Origin: Octopus sinensis
Lineage: Eukaryota
DNA length: 64,000 bases
Direction: 5' to 3'
Assembly: GCF_006345805.1 (NCBI RefSeq)
Contig: NC_043014.1
Span: 36,332,001-36,396,000, forward strand
Positions 58,987 to 64,000 of this stretch are shown here, piece by piece (the first letter of the stretch is position 1; every line of letters starts with the position of its first letter). The notes below the pieces were generated by a model, which searched no databases, was not told the origin of the DNA, and saw nothing but the letters and a program-made list of their open reading frames with translations. A program made the position numbers and the translations under genes.

Positions 58987-61930
58987 TGGTAAAAACAGTA
59001 AGATAACAAAAGAAAGAAAGAGACCTCAATATTATGTAAATAGAGGAAATCTTTATATATAAAAGTGAGGTTGTGTGTCTGTCTCCTACGATTTAGATTC
59101 CTAACTACTCCCACATTTTGCGGTGCAGTTTAACCAAAACCGGGTATCTTATAGTCGTAATTCATATCGAGACCGTCTGGGTATTAGCGCGCGTCTATGA
59201 TGAGTCTACGATTTAAAAAAATTTACCATCAATTTTTCCCATTTTTAATCCATTTTTGACATATATAAGGGAAGTAACTCTTTAAAATTTATTATTAAAT
59301 CTCAGAACGTAAAAAGCTACAGTAACACCCCTCCCCCTTTGTGGTTAGCCATATGAGAATATCTACTTCAATTTTTACCTAGCATTTTTAAGAGTAGAAT
59401 GCATCGGGTCATGCCAGGTCCAGTTTTTAAAATTTAAACTCCAATTAAGCAAAATTTACAGAAAACTCACATTCTGGTGTGTGTGTCAAATGCTTTTCTT
59501 AATGCGGTTTACACCACACGCACACGCACACACACAGTGTGCAACGAATAAAATGAAAGTAAATAGCGACAGAGTGATTTGAGGAAGACTAAACTGAAAG
59601 TATTTAAACCACTACTCAAAAATAAAAAAACACAGCAAACAGAAACAGATAAATACATAGCGATTTACTCCTCACACAATTTCTTCAATTAGAGTGTACC
59701 CATGATTTTTCAGAGTACTTCAGTGGGTGATGCCATAAAAAATTTCTTTCAATTTTACCACCAATTAAGACAAAATTCGAGAAAACTCAATATTTTAACA
59801 TATCACACCGAAAGCATTGATGTACATGTGTGCGTGCGTGAGTGTGTGTGTGTCATTCCTCACACACACGCATACACATACATATACAACTACATGCAAC
59901 TACATACACATACAGCTACATACAAACACGTGTGTGTTTGTTATTAGTAAAAAAGGCGCCAAAACACAACTCACTTATCATTCCAACACATTTGCAAAGA
60001 CACACGGACGGACAGAAAAGGTAAATTGGTTTTTATTTTACTCTGTATATATTTTATTATATAATATTATATATAGATATATGTATATATAATTGCAGTA
60101 TGAAACAGTGTTTACGTATAAACAGACGACACTTATATATAGTTATTATAATAAGAGATTAATAAATGTATGCATCCGTTTAACCCTTTCGTTACCAAGC
60201 CGCCCGAATTTACCTATTCATATTTAAATGAGAATATCAGAGCAAATCTCTTTAGTACATTCGTGAAAACACGTATTATACTTCGTAAACACTTCAACTA
60301 CAGTTTTGTACAAAAATCGAAGTGTAATTTTAATTCCGTGAATTATGGGAGATTTTTTTCCGAAATTTGTTCCTATTGTGTTTTCAAAATTTGTAATTCT
60401 GACAAAATTTCATTATATCAAGCAGCGAGTCAGAATTCGAAGGATTTTCTACTGAAGACCTTCATAAATCTAACTCTATGACTGAAAAAAAAGCATCTTT
60501 ATATAAGAGTGAAGTTGTGTGTCTGTCTCCTACGATTTAGATTCCTAACTACTCCCACATTTTGCGGTGAAGTTTAACCAAAAGCGGGTATCTTATAGTC
60601 GTGATTCATATCGAGCCCTTCTGGGTATTAGCGTGCGTCTACGATGAGTCTACGATTTAAAAAAAATTACCATCATATTTTTCCCTTTTAATGCATTTTT
60701 TCGTTTTTATATAAGGGAAGTAACTCTCTAAAAATATCTACGATGTGTCAACGATTTAAAAAAAAATTTACCTTAATTTTTTTTCAATTTTTAATGCATT
60801 TTTTTGCTATTTTTTGGCTATAACTCTCTAAAAATGCTTATATAGTTATTTCCCTTACAACCCGAGCAACGCCGGGCGATACTGCTAGTCTTATTATAAA
60901 AGGCAGATTTTATCTGCCTCCCTTTGTCTCTTATAGAAATCTACAATATAGGATTTCTTCAATTACAATTTACCTAGCATTTTTAAGAGTAGAATGCATC
61001 GGGTTTTGCCAGGTCCACTTTTTAAAATTTCAACCCCAATTAAGCAAAATTTAGAGAAAACTCACATTGTGGTGTATGAGTCAAATGCTTCACTTAGTGT
61101 GGTCTACACCACACGCACACGCACACACAGTGTGCAACGAATAAAGTGAAAGTAATTCACTGTGTGTGTGTTGACAGGTAGACAATAGAATGCGATGGCG
61201 ATGGCGATGTAATATTTGTTTCTGTCTATCACGCTGATAGATACATGAGTAAAGTGTATGGGAAGCTAAGAGATAAGAGTGAGTGAAAATGTTCTTGGAA
61301 GAGAGTAAATAGCGAGAGAGTTATTTGAGGAAGACTTTACATTAAATAACCGTAGTGGTTTGTCAAATGAAGAGGAGTGACAGGGTACTGGAGGAAATAG
61401 GGTGAGTGAGGAAGATGGCCCATAGCAACCACACCTTTTAAGATAGGGATTTCTAAGGTAGCCCACGAGCATCGTCACCTCACTCTACGTGTCCCTGTAA
61501 ATTTTGGAACGAATCGGACGGGATAAAGTTATCTCTAAGAAACAGAAAGATCGCCCAAAAGTGTATATAGATATTTAAATGTATTTATATATTCATCTAT
61601 ACACACATGTATGTATAATGTGCGTGTATATATTTCCATAGAGGTAACCATTCAATCCATACAAAGTTTTTTAGGACGAAAATATTTATATATAAAAGAA
61701 AGCTTGTGTGTCTGTCTACTCCAATTTAGATTCCCAACTACTCCCACATTTTGCGATGCAGTTTAACCAAAACCGGGTATCTTATAGTCGTGATTCATAT
61801 CGAGCCCTTCTGGGTATTAGCGCGCGTCTACGATGAGTCTATGATTTTACAAATAATTTACCATCATTTTTTTCCATTTTAATGCATATTTTTTTAATAA
61901 AGGGAAGTAACTCTCAAACTTCACACCAAT

Positions 61931-62425
61931 ATGCGTGCTCATATGCGACGTAATATCACATCAGCAGCATTTCCTCACACCCTCCTGGCACTTGGCGAAG
62001 GCAAAATACCAGGGGATGAAAATGGTAATATTGCCATCGATTCCATTTGTACCATTGTTAAGACGCCTTCTGATCTCAGAGATGCAGTGTTTCCAGATCT
62101 ACAAGCTAATTATCAGAATATGGATTGGATTGGCAAAAAGGCTATACTGGCCCCGAGGAATAAAACTGTTCACCATATTAATGATGAAATGCTAAAACTC
62201 ATTCCTGGGGAAGTCTATGTATATCAGGCTATCGATACAACTCCTGACCCAGAGGACGTCATCAACTATCCAATAGAGGTACTCAATTCCTTTGAGCACT
62301 CCGGACTAACACCACACTTTCTAAAACTTAAAGTTGGTGCCCCTATAATGCTCATCAGAAATTTGGTTTCCCCAAAACAATACAATGGCACACGTTTGAT
62401 CGTTAAGTCCTTATCTTCCACCGTA
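61931..62425 (+). pseudogene. Helitron PIF1-like helicase C-terminal fragment
   Basis: AILAPRN, YPIEVLNS...GL.PH.LKLKVGAPIMLIRNL....YNGTRLIV. Confidence 0.9.
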
Positions 62426-62947
62426 AGCTTATATCAATATTTGCCTGAATAATCATCATAATTCAGTGCAATCATTAACTGTATTTTCAAGCAATTCAGC
62501 CCCGAGCAACGCCGGGCAATTCTGCTAGTCTTATGATAAAAGGCAGATTTCCTCTGCCTCCCAAATCGTTCGTTTTTTATACAATTGTACAATATAGAAT
62601 TTCTTCAATTGGAATTTACCTATGATTTTTCTAAGTAGATTCCATTGGGTCATGGCATATAAAGTTTTTTCAATTTGACCCCCAATTTAGCAAAAATTCG
62701 AGACAACTCAATATTTTACGATTTGCCTCTCTCATTTCAAGTGCTTCACTCCTTCCATTACCACTACACTTTCTCCTCCTTTCTCTTTGCAAGTGTGCAA
62801 CAATTAAAATGAAAGTATTTATATAACAGGGATGAGTCATTAATACTGGTCGTTATTTTGCTAGAGGAAGATCCGCTATGGTCTTATATGCTACACCACT
62901 GCTTTTCAATTCATATTAATCAAATTAATATTCAATTTTTCACCCTT

Positions 62948-62982
<35 letters not shown>

Positions 62983-63623
62983 TAGCAATTTGTATAAAAT
63001 TGCATCAATGACTTGAACTTGAATAAGTGCTTTCACATAAATGGGGATAAATTAAAAAGGTTTGTTGTTATTATTATTACTGTTTAACTATTGTAATCAC
63101 GTTTCTTGGTTCCTCGTCAGGGAAACGTTGTTGTGTTGCATTTGTTAAATAATTGTAAACCGCAACCCTCCCCCTTTCGGAGAAGGGGCTTTGGTTATTG
63201 TTTAAAAATTGAATTGTGTCCCTCTTTGGGGAAATTGACAATATTTTTACTGTCTTTACGGAAGCATTTTTGTTAAAATGCCTTCGATAGAAGAAAGTCC
63301 AAAAATGAATTTCGCTGCAGCCGTACACTTCTATACAAGAGGGAGGACAAGATCCAATTGATCGAAATTGCAAGAGACGGGCCTACAATTCCAGTCTGTT
63401 ATATATTTTGTGTATTGTTATCACTATCGATATCAAGATATAACTTTGTATTTTGTATTTTATGTGTAGATGTATATATATATATAGATGTACATGTAAT
63501 ATGTACTCATATATATATACACATATATACATGCATAATATATCTACCCATACACACACACACACACACACTCACACACACACATACATAGGGGCAGGTG
63601 TGGTTGTGTGGTAACAAACTACG

Positions 63624-64000
63624 TTCGAAGATACTGTACTTGATATGGGCGGTAGTGCCTTGCCGGTCTATGGCCTACCTTCAACAAACCGGGAAGGCAC
63701 ACACACTCTGTCTTCACATTTGCTGCGTGAGACATGTTTTAATATTGACGAGCTTGCCGAGTACATAGTCGACAATGAGCCAAAGCTCCTTCCAGAACAG
63801 AAGTTCGCTTACAACTCCGTTGTTAATTCAGTCCGGGCCAAAGCTGGGGGGATTTTTTTCCTGGACGCTCCTGGGGGCACTGGGAAAACTTTTGTCAACA
63901 AATTAATATTGGCTGAGATTAGGCGAACACAAGACATTGCCCTAGCTGTGGCATCATCTGGAATTGCGGCTACTTTGTTGCCAGGCGGCAGGACAGTTCA
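63624..64000 (+). pseudogene. Helitron PIF1-like helicase fragment (Walker A), runs off the window
   Basis: LLPEQKFAY...FFLDAPGGTGKTF...AVASSGIAATLLPGGRTV. Confidence 0.9.

Larger units (their letters stand above)
57469..63000 (+). mobile_element. Nest of non-autonomous Helitron units
   Basis: Repeated TC starts (tcttattataaaaggcag at 57480, 60889, 62529; tctttatatataa at ~59051, ~60496, degenerate ~61686). 3' hairpin cccgagcaacgccggg plus CTAG|T at 60861-60888 and 62501-62528. Confidence 0.85.

Overview
Repeat-rich, AT-rich animal genomic DNA. The SINE types and the dense (TA)n/(TATG)n/(GATA)n/(CA)n microsatellites suggest a cephalopod, probably Octopus (inference). Most of the window is a tandem segmental duplication: copy A spans <1 to ~25.7 kb and copy B ~25.75 to 57.4 kb, with an offset of 26,934 bp at the left end. 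Each copy holds a spliced minus-strand gene that the ORF track breaks up: signal-peptide exon, V-like Ig exon, C2-like Ig exon and a candidate short hydrophobic tail exon, all joined by phase-1 GT-AG introns. The two paralogs differ almost only at amino-acid-changing sites. By hand count, the V exon has 34 nt differences, 25 aa changes and 1 purely silent codon, which points to a diversifying Ig-superfamily receptor cluster. The introns and flanks contain Penelope-like elements with hammerhead ribozyme motifs, Tx1/L1, RTE and CR1-group LINEs, tRNA-derived SINEs whose 3' tails match two of those LINEs, a mariner present in one copy only, hAT and other MITEs, and, at 57.5-64 kb, a nest of Helitron fragments. 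All assignments come from reading the sequence by eye; no database searches were run.
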